From contig CM074809.1 in NCBI GenBank assembly GCA_037447605.1, positions 610,689-674,688 on the forward strand: DNA of 64,000 bases. Direction: 5' to 3'. This DNA comes from Zygnema circumcarinatum SAG 698-1b (taxonomy: Eukaryota > Plantae > Zygnematophyceae). The notes below the pieces were generated by a model that made no database searches, was not told where the DNA came from, and saw nothing but the letters and a program-made list of their open reading frames with translations. Positions 1 through 11,900 of the stretch are shown piece after piece. A program made the translations under genes and the position numbers. The number at the start of each line of letters is the position of its first letter. Within the stretch, counting starts at the first letter, position 1.

Positions 1-205
1 CAAGGTGGAGCTTTTAAGGTTTCTGAACAGAAATTCAGGGTTTATGGTTTTAGGTTCAGGGTCCAGGATTTAGGGTTCAGGTCGTTAGGGTTCAGGAAGG
101 TGTAGGCAATCATTGGTCACTTCCAGACTCAGGGTTCAGAGTTTTGCCCTGACGCTGACGTGGCTGCTTACGTCAGGTGGCGTCCATGGGCCGCTGGCGT
201 GGCGA

Positions 206-3200
206 ATGTCGATTGGCCGGAAGGGATGGCGCATGAAATCCTCGGTGGTGACGTGTGCGGAGGTATTCTATGACGTAAGATAACTGTGCGCTGTTCAGTT
301 TTGTTCGGGCTCTAGAAGAAGTCAATTTATTGATTTGTTTGACTTGTTTGCTTGACTTGACTTTTTGGACTTGGTTGACTTTGTTGACTTGACCGTGAGG
401 CTTGGTTTACTCGACTGACTTAACTTGACTTTGCAGGGCGCATTTGTTGTTGTTGCTGTTTTTTTTTTTTTTTTCACACAAATTGTTGTCGATGATGACA
501 TATTTGACTTACATGAACTTGAAATTGGCATTTTTTTTTTTTCTCTCTTATCTTTAGATTATGACCCATCTTTTCTTTTTTTTTCTTTCTATTTCTTCCG
601 TCGCCATTGCCTGCAGGATGTTTTCTATTCGACAGTGGAGTTAGATCGAGCAGCTGAAAAGAGGTCCGATGAAGCATGGCAAACTGAAGTGCTTTCTAAT
701 CCGGAAACTGCAGTAAGAACTTTCAAACCACCTTTTCTTTTTAAGTCTTTTCTTTTTCGGAAGTTGGAAGTTGTACATTTCATTTTCAAAGCTAACTCGG
801 AAGGGTTCAAGCATCGTCCCGTTTCTTTCTCTCCTGCAGATTATTCCAGTTTGGAAGGGAAAGAGTTTGGTGAGCAATGAAGGGAGTGGTGTTTTTCTCA
901 ATGGAGAGGAGACTCAGAGCATGCTCAAAGAGGGCCTGCTCTCCTCTCCCATCTTTTTGGGAATAAAGCGCGGAACAGATGCGGCAATTTTTGTTTCTGA
1001 GGTCTGCTGGAATGAAAGGTGCAGAACAGCTTACTCTCTCTCCGGTTTCGCTTCTCCTTTTCTCGTCTACCTTCTCCCACCTACTCCATCTCCCTCTACT
1101 GTCGCCTTCCTCGCTCCTCACTCCCTTCCCTTCCCCTAAGAATCGCCCACTTTAATGCCCCTCCCTTTTCCCTCCTCTCACCTCGCACTCCCCCAACCTC
1201 TCACCCATCTCCTCCTCATCCCACCCTCCCCGCTCTCCGTCATCCTTCCCCTTTCTCCCTCTTGTCCCGCCTCTTCCACCCCCTCCCCCTCGTCCTGCCT
1301 GTACCCCCTTCCCATTCCCCTGCCGCGCTTTCCGTACTCCTCCAGCGCACTTCCCCTCCCTTCCTCTCTTCTCCCTCGCTCCCAGCTTCCCTCCTACCCC
1401 CACCATTCTCCCCCCCTTTCCTCTCCCTCTGCCCTCTCCATTTTTCCCCCACTCCCCCTCTCCCCGTCTACCCCTCTCCCCTTCTCCCCTTCTCCCCCTC
1501 CCTTCCCATCTTCCCCTCTTCCCCTCTCCCCTTCTTCCCCTCTACTCCCCCTCCCCTCTCCCCATCTCCCCCTCTTCCCTCTTCCCCTCTCCTCCCCCTC
1601 CCCTCTCCCCGTCTCTCCCTCTTCCCTTATCCCATTCTCCCCTTCCCTCCCCCTCTCCCCCTCTCCCCCCCTCTCCTCCCCCTCCACTCTCCCCGTCTCT
1701 CCCTCGTCCCTTATCCCATTCTCCCCTTCCCTCCCCCTTTCCCCCTCTCCCCTTCTCNNNNNNNNNNCCTCCCTCCCCCTCCCCCTCCCTGCCCCCCTGA
1801 CAGGCCTCCCGCTGTGCCCGGCGCAGTGCAGTGCAGGCGGCTCGGAGCCCCCCCTCTCCCTCTCTTCGGGGCGCGTCTGGGCGGACCTCCGCCGCGCGGG
1901 GCCGGCGCTGCCGCCCGGGGAGGCGGCGCTGCTCGCGTACGGACGGGGGCTGGGGGAATGGCACGCGCGGAATGTGAGGAGGGGGCATGCATGCATGCAT
2001 GGGGGGGCATGCATGCATCATGACATCATGGCCATCGTTGACTTCATGGTCCAACATCGTCATTGCTACCATCATCATTGTAGACATCAAGCATCGACAT
2101 CATCATGATTGGCATCATCATTGCCTCCAGCAGGTTCTCAAAGTATGGGTGCTTGTTTTTCCCATGCAATCTATAGTCAGTACACTAAGAATGTTGGCTC
2201 TAAGAATTCTGCGGAATTGCTCTGATTCTGCCTAGTTTTTGGTTGTGATGATTTCCTGCTACACACATGTGTGAAAATGTAGATATTTTGCGCTCGCTGC
2301 GCTGCAAAAATGGTCATTTCTGACGGCGGGCACTCGCGAAAATGCTCGTCTCCTTCTTGCGGCTTCTCCATACACCCGCGTCTGGTGAGTGTGTAGAGAA
2401 GAAGATAAGGGAGAGAGAGGAGAGAAGCTGAGAGAGGGGAGAGAGGGAGAGAGAGTGAGAGATAGATAGAGAGCGACGTTTCTTTCCTGTCGGCTCTTGC
2501 TCCGTATTTCCATCGATTTAGATTTTTGGATTTTTGGAGTTCTAGGAAGGATCCTACCCCACCCCCTTTATTTTGTTTTACCTTTTTAAATGCATATTGA
2601 TCTGTCATTTTGCAGGACCCGGCAGTCATTATGCTCATAACATCTGGGGAATATGTACTCCTCGGTCGGCAGGTCATTCTCTGTGAAAACCTTTTCTTCA
2701 AAATCTATAACACAGAGGCCAAAAAAACCCATCAAGCCTTGAGTGTTTAATTCGTTGACTCGGAATTTTGATAATTTTCATGTCTCCTCTTGAAAAAGGT
2801 GCCAATCGGTGTTTTTGCAAAACTTGAAGTTGTAAGTTGGCTCTGAGAGAGAGAGAGAGAGAGGGTGAGGGAGACGGGTCTGCAGGAGAGGTGGGCGACG
2901 GGTCGCTTTTCGCTGCTTGCAGGATTCATGGAGGTGGGAGAGACCTTCGAGATGGCTCTCTGTAGGGAAGTGGAGGAGGAGGCAGGCATCCATGTGCAGC
3001 CAAACTCAATCAGGTCTCTCCCTCTCCCTCTCTTTCTCCCCTCCCCTCTCTATCACTCTCTTTCTCTCTCTCTCTCGCTCTCTTTCTCCCTCTCCCCCCC
3101 TCCTCTCCTCTCCCCCTCCCTCGCAAGGTCACCACTGTCACTGAGTTCTGCCGCTTCTGCGCTATAAAAACGCAATCTGCCTGCACTCCTCCTCAACCCC

Positions 3201-3211
3201 ACTCCCCTCTC

Positions 3212-3295
<84 letters not shown>

Positions 3296-3307
3296 CCCCT
3301 ATCTCTC

Positions 3308-3353
<46 letters not shown>

Positions 3354-4874
3354 CCCTCACCCCCCTCTCTCTGCGCTCCCCCACACATGCAGGTACATTG
3401 CCAGTCAGCCATGGCCTTTCCCTTCCTCCCTCATGATCGGCTTCACCGGTGAAGCTGCTCCTTCTTCAGAGCTTCGAAAAGATGCAGCCATGGCTGCCGT
3501 GCCTGCGGGAGGCACTGTGGATGAGAGAGGCCGCCCAGTGGCCTTAACAGCCGAGGAGAGGGAGAGGGCTTTAGGAGAAGCAAGAGCTCTCCAATCACCA
3601 ACTGTTGACAAGAATGAACTGGAGGTATAAGGACTGAAACATTTGTTTTCAATACTCCAGAATCCTAAAGTGCTGAAATTAGAAAATATCATATTTTTCA
3701 AAAAGTTCAAACACCTTGGCTGTCGACTCTAGTCAACTATGGAAAGTGTCGAGTTATGAAATGCGAAGAGAAAAATCAAATGACGAAAATTTGAATCCTG
3801 CAAAGGTTTTCGTTTTGCAGGATGCGCGGTGGGTGCATAAAAATTTCATCAGGGCAGCGGTAGGATTGGGTAATGTGCGGCTGCCCGAAGAAACAAATTT
3901 TAGCCTGCCCGGAAAGTACGCCATAGCCCGCATTTTGCTGGAAAGATGGGCGGAGCTTCCACCAATGGGGTGCGAGAGATGGGCCGGTGACGATATTGCT
4001 GACGTCATCATTGACACGGGTGAATTGCCGCCCCTCAAACTCAAACTTTCCAATGAGCATAAAAATCTCCGAAAGGGTAGTGGGTTTTTTCATTCGTTTT
4101 TTTGGGGTCTCTCCGGATTTTTTTCTTGCTATTCCTGCTTCAGGGCACTTCGAGCGGGCTGTAATTTATTTCACTTCTCTCAGTTATGGGCTACTTTTTT
4201 TTTTTTCATTCACCAATTAGAAGTTCACATCTTATTCAAATTTGAAATTGCTCGCTTTCAGGGCGGTTCAAGTACGTCCTCTGCCGTGTTGCAGATGGGG
4301 ATGGAAATTCCAAATTGGTACTGTTCTCAACACCCCCTCCCCCTCACTTCTTTTTTTTTTGGTATAATGTGAACCTAAGACCTTGTAGACTTTTAGGTGC
4401 TGTGATTTCTTTTGCTTTTTTATGGTCTGGGGTCTCTATGTATAGAACGTTCAGTTGTGTTTTGTGTGCAGGTGGTGAGGGGAGACAGACGGAACGCTTT
4501 CCACATGGACGTCTTGGAGGGGCTGCGTCAAGCCTGCCAACCTCTCGGGCTGATAGTGAGNNNNNNNNNNCCTCCCTCTTCGCCCCTCCCCCTCCCAAGT
4601 TCACCAATGAGCAAGGGAGAATATGTTGTCCTCCACGTGAGAGGTGCAGCTAACTGCGGGGCTCCGCCTGAGTGCCGTTTTCTTACCAACTAGGGTTTCC
4701 ATGCAGGCGGTTCCGTTGGGGGGCGGACGGATGGAGCACCTTTTCGAAGAGGGCACAGTCAGCATTTACGGATATTCGCAAGCATTCGGGCAGGCGGAGC
4801 ATGACGTCAGCGCAGCCCTTGTCCGAAGGTGGTATCCGTTCCATGACATCAGCACTTCCAATGAGGGCTATTGA
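206..4874 (+). CDS. NUDX19-like: NudC-family NADH pyrophosphatase (NUDX19-like; Zn ribbon + Nudix) fused to a C-terminal Janus/Ocnus (PHPT1-like phosphohistidine phosphatase) domain; 5' end uncertain
   Basis: Phase-consistent exons: 617-712, 840-1001, 1827-1973, 2283-2384, 2616-2672, 2886-3013, 3393-3624, 3821-4019, 4262-4317, 4472-4555, 4707-4874, plus a probable transit-peptide exon ending at 262 (in-frame ATG at 206 or 233, or further upstream). Motifs: LDRAAEKRSD, WADLRR, GEWH, zinc ribbon FCARC...RKCSSPSC, HPRLDPAVIML, Nudix box GFMEVGETFEMALCREVEEEAG, SQPWPFP, ELEDARW. These are followed by IADVIIDTGRFKYVLCRV, VVRGDRRNAFHMDV, LGGGRMEH, IYGYSQAFGQAEH and SNEGY-stop. Confidence 0.9.
322..432 (+). 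repeat. (TTGAC)n-type degenerate array in the presumed first intron of the NudC gene
   Basis: Repeated ttgac/ttgact units read directly from the sequence. Confidence 0.85.
1140..1790 (+). repeat. Long C/T-rich low-complexity intronic tract with an internal ~60-bp duplication
   Basis: Almost pure pyrimidine. The segment ...tcccttatcccattctccccttccctccccct... occurs twice (~1600-1670 and ~1685-1755). Confidence 0.85.
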
Positions 4875-6029
4875 AAATAGGACTCGTCCCTTTGTTTTGC
4901 TGCCCCTTCCCATTTCCCGCTCCTGTTGTTCCTCCTTTGGGGTAAAAATCGCCCTTCCTTAAATTTACAGTTGACATTGGTACGGTTTTCAAAGGGTTTT
5001 AAGGTAACGTTTATAGAAAGCAAACGGAGCAGGATATGATGACTCGTGGTGATGGTGTTTTCGGAACTCTGGGGAGGAAGCTGGTTTTTAGTGATTACGT
5101 TATTGGTACTAATGTTCATGATCCAATCACGAAAGTCCACGTGGGAATAGAAGCTTACGTGGCAAGCTTGGATTGGCTGATACAATCGCTGGCACCCCCT
5201 CCCTCTCCCATCTGTCCTCCGGACTACATCACACATGGAACCAAATGGGAGCGCACTGAAATGTTCACTGAAAAAGAAAACTATTTCGTAGCGTATCCGG
5301 CAAACCCGTTGGTACTGGTAACGTCCCAGAATGCATCTTCATTTGTTCGTTTCGGCGCGTAGTGGAAATTGTCAAATTATGAGTTGAGGATTCGTACGGC
5401 AATGTGTACGAAAATGTTCGAAAACGTACGGATACATATGGGTAGGGTTGAATCTGGATCGGGGCGTACGGTATCGGCCCGTGAATCTTGTGATCATGTC
5501 AGACGGAGACAAATCGAACTGAAGATGCTTCTTCAGTAATACTGAAGATGGGATAGATGGAGCACTTTTTTGCAGTCATATGGCGATATCTTCAGTGTAC
5601 TCGTTTGGATTTAAGCTACGAAGGATTTTCTTCAGTAATACGGAAGATATGCATCGCTGTTTTGGTACGTGGCAGCAGGACTTACCGATGACGTCGCTTC
5701 GTCAGATGTGACGTCACCATCTCAGGTGTGACGTTGAGGGCAACGGCCCCTGTCAAGGATTATGTCGGTGCAATGTCGGTGGAAATTTTGGTTTGTCGGT
5801 TGTACGTCAGTAATCGTCAGCATGATGCTGAAGTATTCAAATGCTGTCATAACCGCGTGATGGCGAAAAAGACAAGAGGCACCGACTGCCACGCGTCGGT
5901 CTGTGCGCGTTGTTCGGTAGCAGCGTGGGAACTCACTTCACGACAAATGTGGTTTCAAGATTTTAGGATCTCTAAAACCCTTAATCGGTCCACACGGACG
6001 ATGACTGGCAAATGCCAGGGCGGAATTCG

Positions 6030-6425
6030 TTGACGCGTGTACGGCCTTACCGTGTAAACAGCCTGGCGCGCCACGTGGACTAATGACGTTCGTTGGACCT
6101 ACAGTACCAGGGGCGAGAAGCGCGTGTACGGCTTTCTGCCACGTGTACATCTGCCGACTCGACACGTGGATCAATGAAATTCGTTGGACCTGCTAGGGGC
6201 ACGTTGACGTTGACATTTACATTGGCATTGACTTTGAAGTTGACGAACACGTTGACGTTGACGAAAACATTGACTCGTGAACGGCCGCCTGCCACGTATA
6301 CAGTCGTTGGCGCACTACGTGGACCAATGATATTTGTTGGACCTGCCAGGGTCGCGGAACTCTAGTTGACGGGTGAAGGGCTGCCTGCTACGTGTACAGC
6401 CGTCGGCGCGCCACGTGGACTTGAC
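6030..6425. repeat. Four degenerate ~85-145-bp units, each with paired CACGTG-like boxes and (units 1-3) CCAATGA...GTTGGACC; probable TE remnant
   Basis: Units near 6035-6110, 6120-6200, 6285-6350 and 6385-6425 share gccacgtgtac..cacgtgga; the first three continue (c/t)caatga..ttcgttggacct..aggg. Confidence 0.6.
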
Positions 6426-8996
6426 ATTCTTGGGCCAGCCCCGGCCAGCCTGTGCCGTACTGTCCTGTCCCATTTTGTTACCGGCCGGCGGCGGCCGTCA
6501 GCTCCGTCAGGCTTTGACCGTCGTTGACCGGCAAGACGCGGTTTTACCCGGTTTGACGATGCGACCTTCCTTCCTTTGGCTCCTGGGGTGCGGCGGAGCC
6601 TGGAAGCTGCGCCCAACAGCAACCGCCGTCCCGTCCAGTTGGCAGGGCCCAATATGGGGATCAAGGTAATGAAAAGCAATGGCAAATCAAGCATTCTCAA
6701 ACTGAGCTCTACAGAGGCCCTCAGAGCTCCTGCTTGTGGCGGGTGTGTGTGTGTGAAGGCGCCAAGAGGAGGGGGAGCAGCTGCAGGCAGTTGGTTCTTC
6801 TCGTGAAGGAGGAGCAGCTGCCACGCGTCAGAGCTAACGCAGATGGAGGTGCTGCGCCTCCTCTTTCTCCTTTGCGTGCTCTGCTGGGGAGGGCAGGTCC
6901 GCACTGTGGTCTGCGCCAGGTCTGCACCGCAGGTGCTGCCGGCCGCATGCCGACCGTATTACACGTGGCAGAAGTCAGACACGTGTCGAGTTGTGATTCA
7001 GAAATTTTGTGGGGTGACATCGCAGGCCACGTGGCAGCAGTGCATGGGCCCCGGCATGAGCCCGTGCGTCGGGTCGGGGTGGCCCGCGGGCACCGTCCTC
7101 TGCGTGAAGCGGCCGGCGGGGTGCTTTTACAACAATGCGAGGGTGCCAAACTGCGTCGGCTAAAGACTACTGCGCAGACTGGTCCCTGTGAGCGAACCGG
7201 GGTTTATGATCCGAAGGAACGAGGGGTTCAGAGATTTGAGGGAGGCTTCAGGCGCGACTTATCATGCATGCATGCATGGTCAGTCGCGCAGGAACTGTTT
7301 TGGAGAATGTTGTCTGGATAATAGGAGCTGTCCAATAGCATGCTGCCACGTGGCTGCTGAGAACAAGTCTTGGCGCCACGTGGGCTGCTGGTGCCACGCT
7401 GGCTCGCATGCAACTGAGGATGCCGGTTGTGTCTTATGATGGATGAGGGAGGGGGGCTCTAGGGGTCTAGAGGCCTAGGGGTCCAGAGTGAAAAAAACAG
7501 ATTAGAATTAGAATGTACAAACACGAGCCTATGGGGGGGAGCCTACAAGTACCAACTGCTACTTTTGGCGATAGGAGTTAATGGGAAACGGTGAAGGACG
7601 TTGGTTTAAAAAATTAAAGCTGAAGTTGAAGTTGAAGTTAAAGACGTTTCGCAGTTGGTGCTTGTAAGCATTCTGCCACTCTGAATTGTTAAAAAGGAAA
7701 AAACCGAAGGGTTTCAGTCCAGCTGACTCTTATCATTGAGGTATATCACCAGCTTCGTGTGATTTGTCAGTTTAAAAAAAAATGTAGTGGCCCAGGTCGC
7801 TACGATGTATCCGGACTTTCAGACTTGAAAAAAAAAAGTTTGTATATTTTTTAAAATTTAATTTTTATTTAGAACCAAATTATGTCCTTAAACACTGATA
7901 TTTTTGTGAGTGCTTCACATTTTGGCTTTGGCCCAGACGAATGGTGAGGTCCGCTGTCGAGCTCTGGCATGAACTGCGGCTCTTTGCGTTCTGTCAGTTC
8001 CGTTGTGTAGAACGCTTTCTTTCACATGTGCGCGCCGTTCCGTTCCGCATGCGAACTCCGCCGGCCGGCGAAATCACGGAGCCGGCGGCGACGCAACCGA
8101 TACGACGGCGATATCACGATATATCGGTGCTTTTTAGGGTCGAGGGTTTTTAGACCCTAAAACCCTCACATTATCGAAGGTATGTTTGCATTACACGCAC
8201 ATCACTGTGCATCACTGTGGCCATCGGTTGGCCTTTTGATGTGAGGTGGAGGCCATTGAAAAACGAACCAAGTTTCCTTTCTCCATCCCCCTCTTCAAAG
8301 GAGCTTTAAGAATGATCTCTCGCTTTCCATGACAGTTTGAATCAGCCTGACTCAGTTACAGTTCCGTTCTTCAATCACACAGCCACATGGAGCACACTCT
8401 ATGAGCTGTTCCTTGCACTGAACTTTGTTCAACTGAAATAACGCCCAACAGAGGCACACAGAGACAGCACATGAAGAGTACTTTGACATTGATCTCCACT
8501 GCTCAGATGCGCTAGTAAACAAAACCTTGTAACAGCAAAGACCTCCGCAAATGCCTTAATTTCCATATTAAACCCTAATTCCAGATCATAAAACCCTAAA
8601 CCCTAAACCCTAACCTCAGGACAGCTACGCACGAGCCATACATACTTTCCTTAAAATGCAGAGCTTGCCATAAAAGAGTAAACCCAGAAACACCCGAATA
8701 CCCTTAACTCTTCCCTCATTATCAGAAATATTTTCACCCCCAAAATGCAGCCTATGATGGGGGTCCACGTGTCCCCTTCTCGTCCTTTAGCAGACCATCC
8801 CTGTCTTCCGTAGTACATACAAACTTGGAGCTTAGATCCTCCACCTTCTCCAAGCTTCATTGATTTATCCATCCACTGATCATTCCGAAAGGCCCAGCAC
8901 CTGGGTCCAATTGAGTTTTTAGGATTTAAGGGTTTTTAGGGTTTTTTGGGTTTTTAGGGTTTTTAGGATTCTCCAATTGCAGGTCCAATGCAGGAA

Positions 8997-11900
8997 TCAA
9001 TCCACCACTTCCAGAGGGGCCGCCTCTCTCCCCAACAGTTGGTGGTAGTGAATTTCCCTCTGAAAGCGTAGCCTCTCACGGAGAAGCGTTACCAAAAGGG
9101 TGAGGCTTATAGCCGTCATAAGGCCGAGCCCCGTAGCCAATAGCGGAGCCGCTCGGTCCCCATCACCTGAAATTTAAACCAAACCAGTTGCCCCCACCCC
9201 CCCATATTGGTTTCTGCCCTTCTCGATTTTCTTTGGGGATGTGACCAGGGATGGCCGTAAAACTAATTTACGGGCCACTTTCATAACACTTTTATAACAG
9301 TTTATAACACTTTAGGATGATGTCACATGACGTCATGACACGTGACGTCATGGCAATGGCAATGGCAGTGCCGCGGTTGGACTGCGGCCAATGGTTGGCG
9401 AATGGCGACCCCACCATGGCACTTGAACCGTCCGTACGAGGCCGTACACTCACCCGTATCGTTAGAAAAGAAAATTAAGTTTTCAGCCCTCCTTTTATAG
9501 TTCTAAAAGTCCGAGTTTCATAACGAAATATAAAAAAAAATATTAAAAGATAGCACGTGCGACCATCCCTGGATGCAATTATCGACCAATGGCCCTCCTC
9601 ACCTCTATAAAACCAACCGCTCCCCTTCACCGGTTGGCACGTGTGAGCTGCCTCGCTGGGAGTGGGAGGGGAAGGGAACAACGAATTCAGCATCGCAGCG
9701 AGCCTGTTGCAGACCCCCCACAGTCCTCCCTCTTCATTTCGCTTATGGCAGCAGTAGGAGGCAAAGGGAGAGGGGAGGGAGGGAGGGAGGGAGGGGGTGA
9801 AGAGGTGGTGTGACAACGGGAGAGGGAGAGGGAGAGGGAGAGGGAGAGGGAGAGGGAGAGGGGGAAGGAGAGGTATGAGGGAGGAGGACTGACAGAAGTG
9901 ATAACGATTAACGATTAATCATACTCTGACTTCCTAAAAGTGAACTCGCAATGGTGAAGGAGTAGACAGGCTTGCCACTTGACAAATTGAATGGAGACTT
10001 GCAACAACTTCACTAGAAGGGGCATAGTCCCAAGTGGACCGGATGCTCAACATTACTGAAAGCAAAATCTTTCCATACAGGGTCAGCCTAAGATGCAGAG
10101 TGACTCATGCTAAAGCCTAAGTTGATAAGGGCTGTTAAAGAGCACTGTCGAATTATTAAGCTGAGATCTCATTCTTTCTTTTCATTGCTTCCTATAGACA
10201 TATATGCCCTCTCACCTGTACCCTCCCAGCGCGAGCTGAATCTTCACTGCCCTCTGCACATATGTTAAAAAGAGGACGTGAAGTCAACGACTTTGACAAG
10301 GAAGGGTAGGCATAGAGTCGATTATAGAGTCGGATGGAGTAGGATCAGGTAGTCTATGGTGGAAGATATTCAACATATTCCTTCAACATTGATTCTAAAA
10401 AGGGAAGAAACTGAGTGCAGTGTTCGCAGAAAAGCTCTAATGTTTAGACGTGTCTTAAGGTGCTTCAAAAAATTTAGGGTTTCAGGGAAGCTATGAAAAT
10501 ACCTGTGCTTGCGCAGCATATGATAAGGTAACCTCCACATACTCCTTCGGTCCGATATCCTTCGCAAAAGGACCCGTATAGACACTCTGAACACGTGGTA
10601 AAACACAACAGAAGTTGAGAAAAGTTTGCAATTGGTTGTATACTGCGTTTAGTTTCTCCCCCCAATGAGAGGACAAAAAAAGACAACTTCCTGCTGAATC
10701 CATAACTCTATCGACATAGAACTTCTTCACAAGTATTGGTGTTCCCAGAGATTTTAAGCACCTGTACGGCCACCTGGTAGCTCTCTTTTGCCCAAGCCGT
10801 GATGTTTGCATAGTTTATCTGCAGCAAAGAAAACACATAGTAATAGGGAAAAATCAGAGTCGACGAACTGAACACGCAATATCCCCATAAATCTGCTCCT
10901 TTTCCGAGTTACCGACAGACCCGCTAAGTGACTAAACCCTGCAACCTCACCCTTGCTTCCCATTGCCATAATCCAAAGATTTCAAGATTGAAAAAATGCA
11001 TCTTAAAAGCTATCAATAGTATAGCCACAAAAAACTCATACTTTTGAAGCATCAAAGCTTGCTTCCGGCCACTCCACCGTGAGAGCCTGCACCATCGCCT
11101 GCAGGTCCGCAGTTTCCAGAACATAGTTTTCGTCGATGTCATTCGGATCCCCGCGACTGCTCATTTCCTCCATCAGGCCAGCCCCTCCATCCCTGCATTT
11201 TTTTTTTTGCCACGTCAGCATGTCACGTCAGCATGCCACATCAGCATCCGTGTCAACGTGCCACACCAGCATCCGTGTCAGCTTGCCACATCAGCATCCG
11301 TGTCAACATGCCACGTCAGCATCCACATCAGCATGCCATATCAGCAAACAGAGAAATGAAAAAAAGGCATGACAAACCCAGACGAAACTTAGAAACACTG
11401 TGCAGGCGGTAGCTACAATGTGCCGTGACAGGAGTCACGTGGTTGCATGCACACCAGAACGCGTGCAGGTTCTCGGCTCCGTCCACAACGTTGCGTTCGA
11501 GGCGGATGGAGTTTCCCCCGCGATCTCCCGAAGGGACTTTGGGAGAGTAGCGCTCAGCACAGTGGAGAGGCTGGCCAATAGGACGAGAGGAGGGAGGGAG
11601 GGAGGGAGTTGGGAGGGAGGNNNNNNNNNNAGGGAGGGAGTTGGGAGGGTGGGAGGGAGGGAGGGAGGGAGTTGGGAGGGAGGGAGGGAGGGAGGGAAGT
11701 TGGGAGGGAGGGAGGGAGGGAGTTGAGAGGGAGGGAGGGAGGGAGTTGGGAGGGAGGGAGGGAGGGAGGGAGGTAGATAGGTAGTGGGGGAGTTTTCAGG
11801 CTTTTGGTGTGCTCTATTTAGGCGGTTTGAGTTCATGGGATTATGGCGACTTAAGGGCAGTTCTAGACTTTTGGGGGTCCAATGCTTTTCTGAAAGTGAG

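Noticed and set aside
1019-2108. Long Pro/Ser/Leu-rich and Gly/Glu/Arg-rich ORFs (also at 16900-21600, 32600-34500, 59100-59500 and elsewhere)
   Set aside because: They are translations of CT/GA microsatellites and C-rich tracts inside introns. Only short embedded exons are coding.
4262-4874. Ocnus domain as a separate gene
   Set aside because: There is no stop after the Nudix domain, and the first Ocnus motif (IADVIIDTG) lies in the same exon as the NudC C-terminus.
5036-5362. 108-aa ORF MMTRGDGVFG...
   Set aside because: No recognisable motif or splice context; left unassigned.
6030-6425. CRISPR-like repeat-spacer appearance
   Set aside because: The context is eukaryotic, the repeats are degenerate with uneven spacers, and no cas genes are present.
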